In this document: one piece after another, positions 54,420-63,550 of the stretch
Position numbering within the stretch: position 1 is the stretch's first letter
Layout of the letters: every line of letters starts with the position of its first letter
Assembly: GCA_033763315.1 (NCBI GenBank)
Contig: JANRKS010000016.1
Location: forward strand, 223,408 to 287,407
Direction: 5' to 3'
From: Deltaproteobacteria bacterium
GTDB lineage: Bacteria > Myxococcota_A > Polyangia > Fen-1088
Length of the DNA stretch: 64,000 nt
Translations under genes and position numbers: made by a program
The notes under the pieces: model-generated
The model's database searches: none
Seen by the model: the letters and a program-made list of their open reading frames with translations, nothing else
What the model was told of the DNA's origin: nothing

Positions 54420-56378
54420 TTGTATCATGCACGAATGTCACCGTTGCCCACGGTCCTCAATGTTAGTCCCAAGCCTTTCTCTAAGCGATTGTCGCGCTGC
54501 TTACGTGGCCTGCAGGCCATCGCCATCGCTTTTGCGGTGAACTGCGGCGGCAGCGATGACAACCGCATCGACAACACGGACGCCTCCACCGCTTTGGGCG
54601 ACGCAGCTACATTCGGGGGCGAAGATTCCTTCGCTCAGGATGCGCCCCCATCGCTTGATACGGGCAGCCCCCTACCCGACATGGGCCTCCCAGCCTCCGA
54701 TGACACAGGCCCTGACGTGCAGATCGAGACCTCCGACGCTCGGGCAGATGCACCCGTGGCCCGCAGCCTGTTGCTGGTTCCAGGGGCGCTTAACCTCGGA
54801 GCCGTGTCTGTGGGCAGCAACAGCGGCCTTGTTAGCTTGAGCGTTACAAACAATGGGATGGCTCTCGTGGGGCCTTTCGCCCTTACAATAGCGGGCGAAC
54901 ACAAATCCGATTTTGCCATCGCGGCGAACGGCTGCATCATCGCACTGGCCGCGGGAAAAACCTGCGATATCTCAGCGGTGTTCAAGCCAAGCGGCGCGGG
55001 CGAACGCTCAGCTGTTCTTAAGCTGGTTGATGCATACGGCACCGAAGAACTAGTGACGCTCACCGGGCGAGGCAATTCACCCAGTGCTTTGGCTTGGTCG
55101 AGCGGAACAGGCATGGCATTCGGAAACGTCATCACCGATACGAACGGCCCCACCATCAACTTTGTGGTCACGAACACAGGGGGCGACGTGACCGGCGTGC
55201 CAACGGTTGCGAAAGATGGTGATCACCCCAGCGACTTCAACATCGTCAACAGCTCGTGCGTGGCGGCGTTACGACCAAACGCAACTTGCACGATTAGCGT
55301 GCAACTTAAGCCCTTGGGCCTCGGAGAAAGGAAGGCCCGATTGTTGGTGTCAACTTTGCCCGGCGGCATGCTTACCGCCGAACTTACAGGTACAGGTACT
55401 GTTGCGCCCATCCTCACATTGTCGCCCACCACACATAACTTCGGCACGTTCGCGCCGGGTCAAAGCTCTGATAAGAAGGCATTCACTGTCACGGCTAGCG
55501 GCGCACCCGCGGACATATCGACCGGGGCCATCGTCATCAATGTGCCTGCGCCGTTCACGCTCTCATCTAACGAATGCGCTGCCGGTTTGCAGGGCAATGG
55601 GGCTTCATGCACTTTCCAGGTGCAGCTTTTAAATGCGGAGCTCGGCGACAAGATGGCCAACCTTAGCGCCTCAGCAAACACCGGCAGTAGCACCATGGCC
55701 ACTGTCACCGCAAAAGTAACGCCGTCAGGTGGCGCCGGGCTCGTCGGTTATTGGCCGCTTGATCGCGACGCTCAAGATATGTCAGGCAACGGCAACCATG
55801 GCGTCGTTGTTCGAGGCGCAACAAATCCCCAAACTGTGGCTGGGACCTTTTCATACGGCAAGAAAGATAAAGCGCTGCGCCTTGAGAACCCTGCCCCCGC
55901 TGCCAGCCCAACCTGGGTGACGATTCCTTCGACTTCGTCCATCAACGAGATTGGAGCAAACAACAAATTTACCGCGATGGCTTGGGTTGCTGCCGCAAGC
56001 GTCGACAGTCAAAAGTTCAATTTCGCCATAAATCGTAGGGAGACTGACGGCTTCGACCTTTTCGGCTTAGGCCTTTATGGGGGCAAGCCGTCCGCGGTCG
56101 TGCATTTCTTTTTTGCGACCGCCCAAACCGTATCCCAAGGCTCCTGGACCCACCTGGCCACCACTTACGACGGACTCACGCTCACACTATACGTAAACGG
56201 AGTGAAGGCATCGTCCATGGACATCGGCTGGACGCTCACCGCACACACCACTGAAACGACGATTGGTGCTAGAAATTCCGATCTGGGCGCTAGGGAAGTC
56301 TGGGATGGATCAATCGACGAAGTGAAGCTGTTTTCATCTGTGCTCACGCCGGCCCAAATCGCAGCCGAAGCGAAGTAG
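54420..56378 (+). CDS. Surface lipoprotein with tandem ASH/choice-of-anchor-D-like Ig domains and a C-terminal LamG domain
   Basis: Lipobox-like FAVNC, Asp/Pro-rich linker, three repeats of F(L)G.V...TN.G...C...L....TC...V, then LVGYWPLD..D.SGNGNHG, WTHLA.TYDG...LYVNG, G.IDEV. Confidence 0.8.
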   Translation: MYHARMSPLPTVLNVSPKPFSKRLSRCLRGLQAIAIAFAVNCGGSDDNRIDNTDASTALGDAATFGGEDSFAQDAPPSLDTGSPLPDMGLPASDDTGPDVQIETSDARADAPVARSLLLVPGALNLGAVSVGSNSGLVSLSVTNNGMALVGPFALTIAGEHKSDFAIAANGCIIALAAGKTCDISAVFKPSGAGERSAVLKLVDAYGTEELVTLTGRGNSPSALAWSSGTGMAFGNVITDTNGPTINFVVTNTGGDVTGVPTVAKDGDHPSDFNIVNSSCVAALRPNATCTISVQLKPLGLGERKARLLVSTLPGGMLTAELTGTGTVAPILTLSPTTHNFGTFAPGQSSDKKAFTVTASGAPADISTGAIVINVPAPFTLSSNECAAGLQGNGASCTFQVQLLNAELGDKMANLSASANTGSSTMATVTAKVTPSGGAGLVGYWPLDRDAQDMSGNGNHGVVVRGATNPQTVAGTFSYGKKDKALRLENPAPAASPTWVTIPSTSSINEIGANNKFTAMAWVAAASVDSQKFNFAINRRETDGFDLFGLGLYGGKPSAVVHFFFATAQTVSQGSWTHLATTYDGLTLTLYVNGVKASSMDIGWTLTAHTTETTIGARNSDLGAREVWDGSIDEVKLFSSVLTPAQIAAEAK

Positions 56379-56505
56379 ACACTGCACCGATTGAATTTAC
56401 GCGCCATCTTGCCGATGGATACATAATTGGGTCAATGCAATACGTCCGCAAGGCCGATCCGACTGCAGTCGACATCCCAAAATCGCTGCAACGACGCTAG
56501 CGGTC

Positions 56506-56527
56506 GACATGCACATGCATGCATGTC
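56506..56527. promoter_or_regulatory. Palindromic operator upstream of vapBC
   Basis: GACATGCA-N6-TGCATGTC, 11 nt before the antitoxin ATG. TA operons typically autoregulate through such palindromes. Confidence 0.55.
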
Positions 56528-56538
56528 ATCCTGTGACC

Positions 56539-56775
56539 ATGCGAACCACAATCGAACTACCCGACGAGCAGCGGGCTCGTCTGCTGGAAATCGCAGCGCG
56601 TCGCGGAGAAAAGGGCTTCTCTGGGATCATCCAAGAGGCGCTTGAGCTTTACCTGCGAAGCCAGCAGCAGTCGTCGGCGCTGGAACAGGCGCTGAAATCT
56701 CGTGGCAAGTTTAGTGAGGACGAGGCTGACGCCTTGGAACAGTCGGCCCGAGCGTTGCGGTCGAGGTGGCGATGA
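56539..56775 (+). CDS. VapB-like antitoxin (ribbon-helix-helix)
   Basis: MRTTIELPDE...L..IA..RG...S.II.EAL..YL. ATGA-coupled to a PIN gene. Confidence 0.82.
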   Translation: MRTTIELPDEQRARLLEIAARRGEKGFSGIIQEALELYLRSQQQSSALEQALKSRGKFSEDEADALEQSARALRSRWR

Positions 56776-57155
56776 TCATCGCCGACACTGATGTGCTCAT
56801 CGACTTCTTGAAGGGAGCCCAGCCCCACGCAGACAGAGTTGAGCTTGAGTTAAAAACAGGGGGCTTTGCCACCACGGCCGTCACGGTCTTCGAGTTGCTC
56901 TCCGGCGCCCGCACAGAGCGGCAGCGAAAAGCTATCGAATCGCTGCTCGCCGCAATGACCGTACTTCCCTTTGGCGTTCAAGAAGCCCAAACGGCCACAA
57001 AGCTACGGTTGCAACTGGAGGCAGAAGGCCAAACGATCGGCATGGCTGACTTCATGATAGCCAGCGTCTGCCTCGAACGTTCTTCAACCTTACTGACGAG
57101 GAACGTCAAACATTTCTCTCGCATACCCGGACTAAAAATCAGCGGGAGGTATTAG
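56772..57155 (+). CDS. vapC: VapC PIN-domain toxin
   Basis: IADTDVLID, T.FEL..G, IGMADFMIA, LLTRN.KHF.RI.GL. Confidence 0.9.
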   Translation: MIIADTDVLIDFLKGAQPHADRVELELKTGGFATTAVTVFELLSGARTERQRKAIESLLAAMTVLPFGVQEAQTATKLRLQLEAEGQTIGMADFMIASVCLERSSTLLTRNVKHFSRIPGLKISGRY

Positions 57156-57159
57156 CACC

Positions 57160-58500
57160 ATGCTTATTCTCCCCTGCACGCCTTCTCACAGCGTTCCTTC
57201 TGGCCAAGTCACACTGCTTGGCGCCATCACCAGCGTTACGGGCGCGATGACGTTGGTTGAAATGGGCGGAGCCCGGCTGCTCGTGGATTGTGGCGTCGCG
57301 CAGGGCCGCGAAGCCGAGACGTGGCGCTTTCCGAAAACTTCGTTGCAAAAGCTCGACGCCGTCATCCTCACGCACGGCCACAACGACCATGTGGGCTCGC
57401 TGCCCGCGTTGATCGAAAGCGGCTTTTCGGGCCGCATTTATGGCACGCGCGCCACTTTAGATCTCGCGCGCCTTGTGATCGAAGATGGTCTGCGCTTGCA
57501 ACGTGCCTCCTCACGCGACACGCAAGCGTTCCTCACCGCCTTCGATAAGCAACGAACGCAAGTGCCTTACAACGAGGCGTTCGTGCCCGATGGTTTCAAG
57601 GGCAGCGTCAACATGCAGGAGGCAGGACACATCCTTGGCTCTTGCAGCGTGGAGCTGCACACGAGCGATGGCCGCGTGATCTGCTCAGGCGATCTGGGCC
57701 GACCGAACTCGCCCATTCTGCGCGACTTCAACAAACAGTGGAACACGTCCCGTCCCGTGGATCTCGTTGTCATGGAAAGCACCTACGGCGACGACGAACA
57801 CAATATGACCCACGAAGACGTTGAAGCCCGGCTCGAAACCATCGTGAACCGCGCTGTGGCCGACGGTGGACACATCTTGGTGCCCGCGTTCGCGATCGGC
57901 CGCACGCAAACGCTAATTTATCATCTCAATACACTGATCGAGGCCAAACGCATTCCAGACATTGGCGTCGCCATCGATTCGCCGCTTGGCCTGCGTGTCA
58001 CCGAACTTTATCAACGAGGCCGCTCCTTGTTCGATAAAGAAGCCTTAGACAAATTCCAACAAGGCGACAACCCACTTGATTTCAACACCCTTTACGCCGT
58101 GAACCGCGCCGCTGATTCAGCGCGCTTGCGTGACGTCAAAGAGCCGCTGCTGATCATCGCGGGCAGTGGCATGTGCACGGGCGGCCGCATCGTGGGACAC
58201 CTGAAAGATCTATTGCCACTGCCACAGACGTGCGTTGTCTTCGTCGGATTCCAAGCGCCCGGCACCCCCGGCGCCGCCATCCAAGCGGCCAAACGCACCC
58301 GTGACACCGTGTGGCTGGATCACGAAGCTGTGCCCGTCAACGCGCACATCGAATCCCTAAGCGGCCTTTCGGCCCACGCCGATCGCAAAGAATTGTGGCA
58401 ATGGCTCAGCGCCATTCCGCACGTCAAACGCGTGGCCTTGCATCACGGAGAAATCAAAGCGCAAGAGTCTTTCGCCGCATGGGCGGCGCGGCGCCTATAA
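57160..58500 (+). CDS. MBL-fold beta-CASP metallo-hydrolase (RNA-processing nuclease family)
   Basis: LVDCG, THGHNDHVG, AGHILGS, SGDLG, MESTYG, PAFAIGRTQ, SGMCTGGRI, SAHAD, HGE. Confidence 0.92.
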   Translation: MLILPCTPSHSVPSGQVTLLGAITSVTGAMTLVEMGGARLLVDCGVAQGREAETWRFPKTSLQKLDAVILTHGHNDHVGSLPALIESGFSGRIYGTRATLDLARLVIEDGLRLQRASSRDTQAFLTAFDKQRTQVPYNEAFVPDGFKGSVNMQEAGHILGSCSVELHTSDGRVICSGDLGRPNSPILRDFNKQWNTSRPVDLVVMESTYGDDEHNMTHEDVEARLETIVNRAVADGGHILVPAFAIGRTQTLIYHLNTLIEAKRIPDIGVAIDSPLGLRVTELYQRGRSLFDKEALDKFQQGDNPLDFNTLYAVNRAADSARLRDVKEPLLIIAGSGMCTGGRIVGHLKDLLPLPQTCVVFVGFQAPGTPGAAIQAAKRTRDTVWLDHEAVPVNAHIESLSGLSAHADRKELWQWLSAIPHVKRVALHHGEIKAQESFAAWAARRL

Positions 58501-58631
58501 CCTACCAAGCACCACTCGGTGGTATTCGCCCAAAGAACGCAACGTTCTTCGCCTGTTTGCGTTTACTTTTACTGCTCGACGTGTTAGCAGCAGTACTTAT
58601 GCGTCATCGCGCTGCGCAGCAAAAAACACCC

Positions 58632-58982
58632 ATGGAGATTTGGCTCCTATCAATCGCGCTGTCCGGCCTCGCACTCGCGGCCTGCGGAACCACGGCGCCC
58701 GCTGTGGTGTTAAGACCTGGCGCCAATGCCGTCAAGGTAGCCAAAGCCGAGCCGCCCGACGGTTGTGTTGAGGTAGGCCCCATCGAAGCCATACATGGCA
58801 GCGGGTGCGGCGGGTTCGGCCGCGAGGGCACTTATGAGGGCGCCTATATGACCCTTAAGAACAAAGCCGACGAAAGGCAGGCCAACTTCGTCCGTGCTGA
58901 TCAGCAAATTCCTCCCCACTCTGAGAACGGGTGCTTCGATCAGCGCTTCGTAATCAGGGGTGTGGCCTTTGCGTGCCGTTAG
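58632..58982 (+). CDS. Small lipoprotein, DUF4156-like
   Basis: Lipobox LAAC; GA..VKV....P.GC..VG, LKNKA....AN.V, G.AF.C. Confidence 0.65.
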   Translation: MEIWLLSIALSGLALAACGTTAPAVVLRPGANAVKVAKAEPPDGCVEVGPIEAIHGSGCGGFGREGTYEGAYMTLKNKADERQANFVRADQQIPPHSENGCFDQRFVIRGVAFACR

Positions 58983-59032
58983 GTAGACGTTTCGGCACAC
59001 CCCGAACCCACCGCGCTCATGCTTTGCAAACA

Positions 59033-59542
59033 TCAACGCAATAGGTGAGCCTTCACGATCTTCACGAATTGTTCATCTGAGCGCACGCTGCCACCTTGGG
59101 CATGCGCCAGCGTCTTCGGATGCGTCAGGATCGTATACGTTTGAAGATCCGCCGTGATCAAGCCGTAACACTTCGTGTAAGGCGTGTCGCCAATGAAATC
59201 ACTTGGTCTGAACTCAAACACGTTCTTGCAGTTTGCCTTCAGTTGGTCCCAAGCTGGCTTGCAATCGCCATAATCAGCGCCCGTTGAAATGTGTGCCACT
59301 TTCGTCACACCGCCCTCGCTGTAAGCCGCCATGATGCAGCCGGTGAAGTTGGCACTGATCACGTCCTGCCCTTGTGAAGCCACCCAGTTGATCCCATTGG
59401 CCACGAACGGCAAGAACTTATGTTGGCCCTTCAAGAACCCGTGGATCACCCCCTGCGAGCACGGCCCGCCCCCTCCACCCCCAATAAGCGGGCTGTACGG
59501 AAAGAAGCTTGGGGTTCCGACACGCACGAGATCTTCCAACAT
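59033..59542 (-). CDS. Hypothetical protein with CNF1/CheD/YfiH-like Cys-His motif (putative deamidase)
   Basis: VISANFTGCIMAAYSEGGVTKVAHIST, with Cys and His 15 residues apart. GGAGG-like RBS upstream of the ATG. Confidence 0.55.
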   Translation of the reverse strand: MLEDLVRVGTPSFFPYSPLIGGGGGGPCSQGVIHGFLKGQHKFLPFVANGINWVASQGQDVISANFTGCIMAAYSEGGVTKVAHISTGADYGDCKPAWDQLKANCKNVFEFRPSDFIGDTPYTKCYGLITADLQTYTILTHPKTLAHAQGGSVRSDEQFVKIVKAHLLR

Positions 59543-59659
59543 GGGGCCTCCTGTTTTTGCGACGAAAGTTCCCTTCCATGGGACGGCCAGATGACCGCCG
59601 TGTCAAGGCCCCGGCAAGCAGCGGCGGAAAGTCGCCAACGCCCCACTGAAAAATCGATT

Positions 59660-60295
59660 TCACATGTTCAACATCGAAAGACCCTGCAGGGTTTGACTGC
59701 AAGTGTCGTTGTCCCAAATTCCGGCATCAGCGAACGTCTCAACCACACCGCCATCAGCAGCGGGGGCCGTATCCAGCACAGTGATGGTGAGGGTCATACG
59801 CAAATGCGTTGCCTTGCCCGTAGCGGCAATAATCAACGGTTTGTCGGTCACAGCGGGCGCATTGTGAGGGGTCGCCAAAATGATCGTTCCAACGGAAGCC
59901 CCAGCTTCGATGTGGGACGACGCAAAGCCCACTCTGAAGGGACCTTCTCCAGAGCCCAATGTGATCGCCCCTGTGAAATCAGGACGACGATTTGCGACCA
60001 CGCGTAGTTCACGGCACGTGCCGCGTCGCAATTGCACAGACATGGGCTCAACGCTCCAGCTGAACTCTGGCAAGGCGACGTCGGGCCCCAGGGATGCCCC
60101 ATCAAACGCGGACGCCAAAGCATCGGATCCTGCGTCTGAACGAGGCCATTCGGCGGCGGACGCAGCGTCGACGATCGCATCGACCGCGGCATCCTTCGCT
60201 TGGCCGATCTCGTTCGCGTCTTCGCATCCCGCAAGACTGCCGAGAGCTGCAAGCGCAGGTATTAAAGAACGCAGAATTGAGCAACGTTTGTCCAT
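59660..60295 (-). CDS. Hypothetical lipoprotein
   Basis: Lipobox LAGC, DAA/DAG-rich linker, one Ig-like beta-rich segment. Confidence 0.6.
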   Translation of the reverse strand: MDKRCSILRSLIPALAALGSLAGCEDANEIGQAKDAAVDAIVDAASAAEWPRSDAGSDALASAFDGASLGPDVALPEFSWSVEPMSVQLRRGTCRELRVVANRRPDFTGAITLGSGEGPFRVGFASSHIEAGASVGTIILATPHNAPAVTDKPLIIAATGKATHLRMTLTITVLDTAPAADGGVVETFADAGIWDNDTCSQTLQGLSMLNM

Positions 60296-60427
60296 TTCGG
60301 CGGCACACTACCAAAACCATTCACGCCGTGACACCGTCGAGGAAAAGATCGCGGGCTGCGAGAATTGAGGAGCTTTTCAGTTAGGAAACCCAAGGCCAAA
60401 CTCAAGCTCGTTTATGCCCTGTCGCAG

Positions 60428-60859
60428 TTAGGCGCTGCGCTTGTGCTGCAGCCACCGCGCAACGTCTGCGGCGAAGGCCTTTAAGTCAGCGATGCCCACG
60501 GTGGCGGCTTGGTAAACCATGTTCGGATCAATGCGTTCGTAGCCGTGCGCCACGACGTTTCTTAAACCAACGGCCCGTTGTATTGGGCCCACAACTGCGT
60601 CGCCAATCACCCCGTGTTCATGCAGGCGGGCGAAACTTTGCGCCAGGTTCGGAGCCGGCGGCAGTCCTTCGTCCGAAATGAGATGCGCGGCAACATCCGC
60701 ACAAACCTGCACCGCCAAGAGCAGGTTGAACGACAGCAGATCCAATGCATCCCTGTTGGCCGCAAGAGCTGCCAACGATGCGGGGCGATGCTGTTCAATC
60801 CGGTCTATGCGATCGGCAAGCTGCGCAAGCTTGGCTGCAACCAATTCGGCCTTCACCAT
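60428..60859 (-). CDS. hepT: HepT/DUF86 HEPN ribonuclease toxin
   Basis: HEPN motif GLRNVVAHGY.RID. The start overlaps the stop of the upstream nucleotidyltransferase. Confidence 0.85.
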   Translation of the reverse strand: MVKAELVAAKLAQLADRIDRIEQHRPASLAALAANRDALDLLSFNLLLAVQVCADVAAHLISDEGLPPAPNLAQSFARLHEHGVIGDAVVGPIQRAVGLRNVVAHGYERIDPNMVYQAATVGIADLKAFAADVARWLQHKRSA

Positions 60860-61308
60860 CACAGCCCCCTTTGTGCCACACGCGCGAGCCAAGATCGCTC
60901 CTGCCGCTGGTACCAAGGAAGGTCATCTTCCAATTGCCACATCGTCCTCGACAGCCATTGCGCGTAGGCGCCCGGCACACGCTCGTAAAGCGGCACAGCC
61001 TCACGCACAAGCTCGGCCAGCAGAACCACAGAAGGATCGTCAAGATGCACCACTTGCACCTGTGCGGGCAGGCGGCCCTCTAACGCCGCCGTGATTGCTA
61101 AAGTATCAAGACCGCGGCCTACGACGGCCACGTCAATGTCAGACGCCGCTGTGGCCTCGCCCCGGGCCACCGATCCAAACACCATTGCCAGCTCAAGCCC
61201 CGTCGCCTGCGGCCACAAGTCGGCAACCTGATTCTTCAAATGATCGAGGCTCGGGCGCACCCATTGACGGTACCACAACCAGCTACGCCGTCGTACCGGC
61301 GTTGCCAA
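60859..61308 (-). CDS. mntA: MntA-type minimal nucleotidyltransferase antitoxin
   Basis: VFGSVARGEATAASDIDVAV (GSx10DxD), paired with the HEPN gene. The true start may be near 61260. Confidence 0.85.
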   Translation of the reverse strand: MATPVRRRSWLWYRQWVRPSLDHLKNQVADLWPQATGLELAMVFGSVARGEATAASDIDVAVVGRGLDTLAITAALEGRLPAQVQVVHLDDPSVVLLAELVREAVPLYERVPGAYAQWLSRTMWQLEDDLPWYQRQERSWLARVAQRGL

Positions 61309-61364
61309 CCACCTGAAAAACGACTCGCTGCATTGCGATTTGTGCGGATTTACTTTTTGGCGAC

Positions 61365-62684
61365 GTGGTGTTACTGCTGCTCCTCATGGGTCTTAAGCAC
61401 GCGCAAACTAGACTAGGTATCACCGGCCTGCTGTTGGCGATCACGCTCGCCGGCTGCAACAGCGAGACGCCTTCGGGCGACGACCATAAGGTGTTCTTCG
61501 CCGGCTACGTCTACGACGGAGCCTCGGGCGCTCGCCTCACAAAGGCTCAGCTCACCGGCGTTAGCATCAAGTATCGCGAGAAGGTCATCGTGGCCGACAT
61601 TGAAGCTGATGGTCGCTTCCTCACGAAGACCCCGTTGCCCACCTGGCAAGACTATTCCGTATACATCGCTGCGGCAGGCTTTCGTCCGTTCGTCTCACAA
61701 AACCCCGGCATTGATGTGCCCGCGTCTGTGGCAATGACAGATGGGTTGGTGGCCGGCAGCACGACGCAAACATTTGTGATGGAGGCGCGGCTGTTTCCCG
61801 TGGCGCTCAAAGCGCCGAAGGTCACTTTGACGATCGACCAAGCTGACTTTGCCTCGCTACCGCCCGGAACGCCGCGCGTGGCCGGCCAAGTTCGCTTCGC
61901 GCCGCGCTCACTTTCGTTCCTGGAAGCATCGCCTTCCACTTCAAGCTCATCCGTGCGCACACGCCGTTGGTTGAACGACGAAGATCTCAACAACCAATCG
62001 ATCACCAAGCCCTTCGTCGATGGCCTGCTCGAAGTGGCCGAGGGTGAACTGGTTTATGGCGTGTCCTATGAGGTGACTGTGTTCAATGTGCCTGGGTATC
62101 AAGCCAAGGCGTTCCCTGATTTGCTGATCGCTGGCCAAGTTGCCAGTCGAACGTTCGTGTTGTCCAAAGAGCAAAAAGATCCGCTGCGCATCTTGGCCAC
62201 CAACGTGGACACGTGCCTGCCGCCCGCCGGCAACAGCACTGAGTTTGGCGCCGCCATCTTCCTTGATTTTAACGAGCCCATCGAATTCGTCAGCGCCACG
62301 GCCGCCGAAGACATCGACAACGGCATCACCGTGGGCCCCACAGGTCCCTTAACGTATCCGCAAACAGGTTCGTACTGCAGCCTCCGCCCCTCGGCCAGTT
62401 CCACCGTTCAAGAGCGCGGCAGCAAAGCGACGATCGCCGCCAGCCGTCTCACGCTTTCATTCAACCCCTCGATCGGTTTGGCCACGGGCACCATCAGTTT
62501 CCCCTGCATGCCGCCGGCAAACCTATCCTTCGTCGCGTACGGCAACCTTCAGAACGTGTCCGTACGTCCCATCGGCGACAACACCCGCAAAAGAACCTTA
62601 TCGGAATTGTTCGCCGCCTTCGCAAGCGCTTCGGGTTTCTCCACACAGCAGATCGTGTGCGGGTCGAAGCTCAACCAATTTTGA
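61365..62684 (+). CDS. Hypothetical lipoprotein with beta-sandwich domains
   Basis: Lipobox LAGC; G.VYDG.SG, carboxypeptidase-regulatory-like segment, FNEPI (Ig-like). Confidence 0.7.
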   Translation: MVLLLLLMGLKHAQTRLGITGLLLAITLAGCNSETPSGDDHKVFFAGYVYDGASGARLTKAQLTGVSIKYREKVIVADIEADGRFLTKTPLPTWQDYSVYIAAAGFRPFVSQNPGIDVPASVAMTDGLVAGSTTQTFVMEARLFPVALKAPKVTLTIDQADFASLPPGTPRVAGQVRFAPRSLSFLEASPSTSSSSVRTRRWLNDEDLNNQSITKPFVDGLLEVAEGELVYGVSYEVTVFNVPGYQAKAFPDLLIAGQVASRTFVLSKEQKDPLRILATNVDTCLPPAGNSTEFGAAIFLDFNEPIEFVSATAAEDIDNGITVGPTGPLTYPQTGSYCSLRPSASSTVQERGSKATIAASRLTLSFNPSIGLATGTISFPCMPPANLSFVAYGNLQNVSVRPIGDNTRKRTLSELFAAFASASGFSTQQIVCGSKLNQF

Positions 62685-62749
62685 AGGCGCGTTGATCACA
62701 GGCACGCAGTCCTTCGCGCAGTGGTCGGCGCGGAAGGTTTAGCTCTGCA

Positions 62750-63145
62750 TCAAATGGTCACCACTTCGCAGCCGGGGATACGAACGAAATCTCTAGGCTT
62801 GCGGGTCACCACCTTGAGGCCGTGCGCGACCGCTGTGCTCCCGATTTGCAGGTCGTGTGCACCGATGGGTGTGCCGCTCCGAGCCAGTGCGGCAGATAGA
62901 TGCGCGTGCACACGGGCAACGCGGGTGTCAAAGGCAAGCGTGATCGCGTCTTCAAGAATCATTTCAACAAAGGCTGCACGCCTCATCCGGTGTTTCGCAT
63001 CGGCGCGGTGAACGCCATGGAGTAGTTCCGACACGCTGATCGCTGACAACACGAGCGGGGCGTCAGCTATCGAACCTAGCTCCGACAAGGACAGCTGCCC
63101 CCGCTCCATCGCGATGATGACGCTGGAATCAGTCAGGGCTTCCAT
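62750..63145 (-). CDS. vapC: VapC PIN-domain toxin
   Basis: LTDSSVII..ER, SAISVSEL.HG, IGAHDL.I..TA, VVTR..RDF.RIPG. Confidence 0.9.
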   Translation of the reverse strand: MEALTDSSVIIAMERGQLSLSELGSIADAPLVLSAISVSELLHGVHRADAKHRMRRAAFVEMILEDAITLAFDTRVARVHAHLSAALARSGTPIGAHDLQIGSTAVAHGLKVVTRKPRDFVRIPGCEVVTI

Positions 63146-63345
63146 GGGTCCTCAGGCACCCGAGGCACGTTGCCAAGCCTGATGGCCTCCTCGACATCGT
63201 CAGCGAAGCGCGCCTCGCCCCCACGGGCGGCAACCCGTCGCGCGAGTTCGCCAAGGGTCAAACGCCGCTTACCCTCCACCGGCACGATCCGGCAAAAGGG
63301 GACACCACCCCGTTCCACCAGAAATTGCCGCCTGACTTTGAAAGT
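63133..63345 (-). pseudogene. Phd/YefM-like antitoxin, apparently missing its N-terminus
   Basis: FLVERGGVPFCRIVP...PEDPW overlapping the vapC start. An in-frame TGA at 63346-63348 removes the usual N-terminal DNA-binding segment. Confidence 0.55.
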
Positions 63346-63550
63346 TCAGTTGGACAGCTCCGGCGTTCGCGTTGATCTTGCCCGAGATCATCTGGCCCTT
63401 GGGGCTGATCACAACCTCATCTGTCGCGGAAGTGAAGGCCCCCTACGGTATCCTCTTAGCGACAACAGTCTTCGTCAGGAGAACAACCCGCTGCATTCTC
63501 CACGCAACACTTGGAGCAGGGGCGCCGATAGGGGAATCCAGGCCCCTTCC

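Noticed and set aside
57160-58500. MBL protein as a beta-lactamase or resistance gene for the cluster product
   Set aside because: It has beta-CASP motifs (ESTYG, SGM..GGR, SAHAD) typical of nucleases, not of beta-lactamases.
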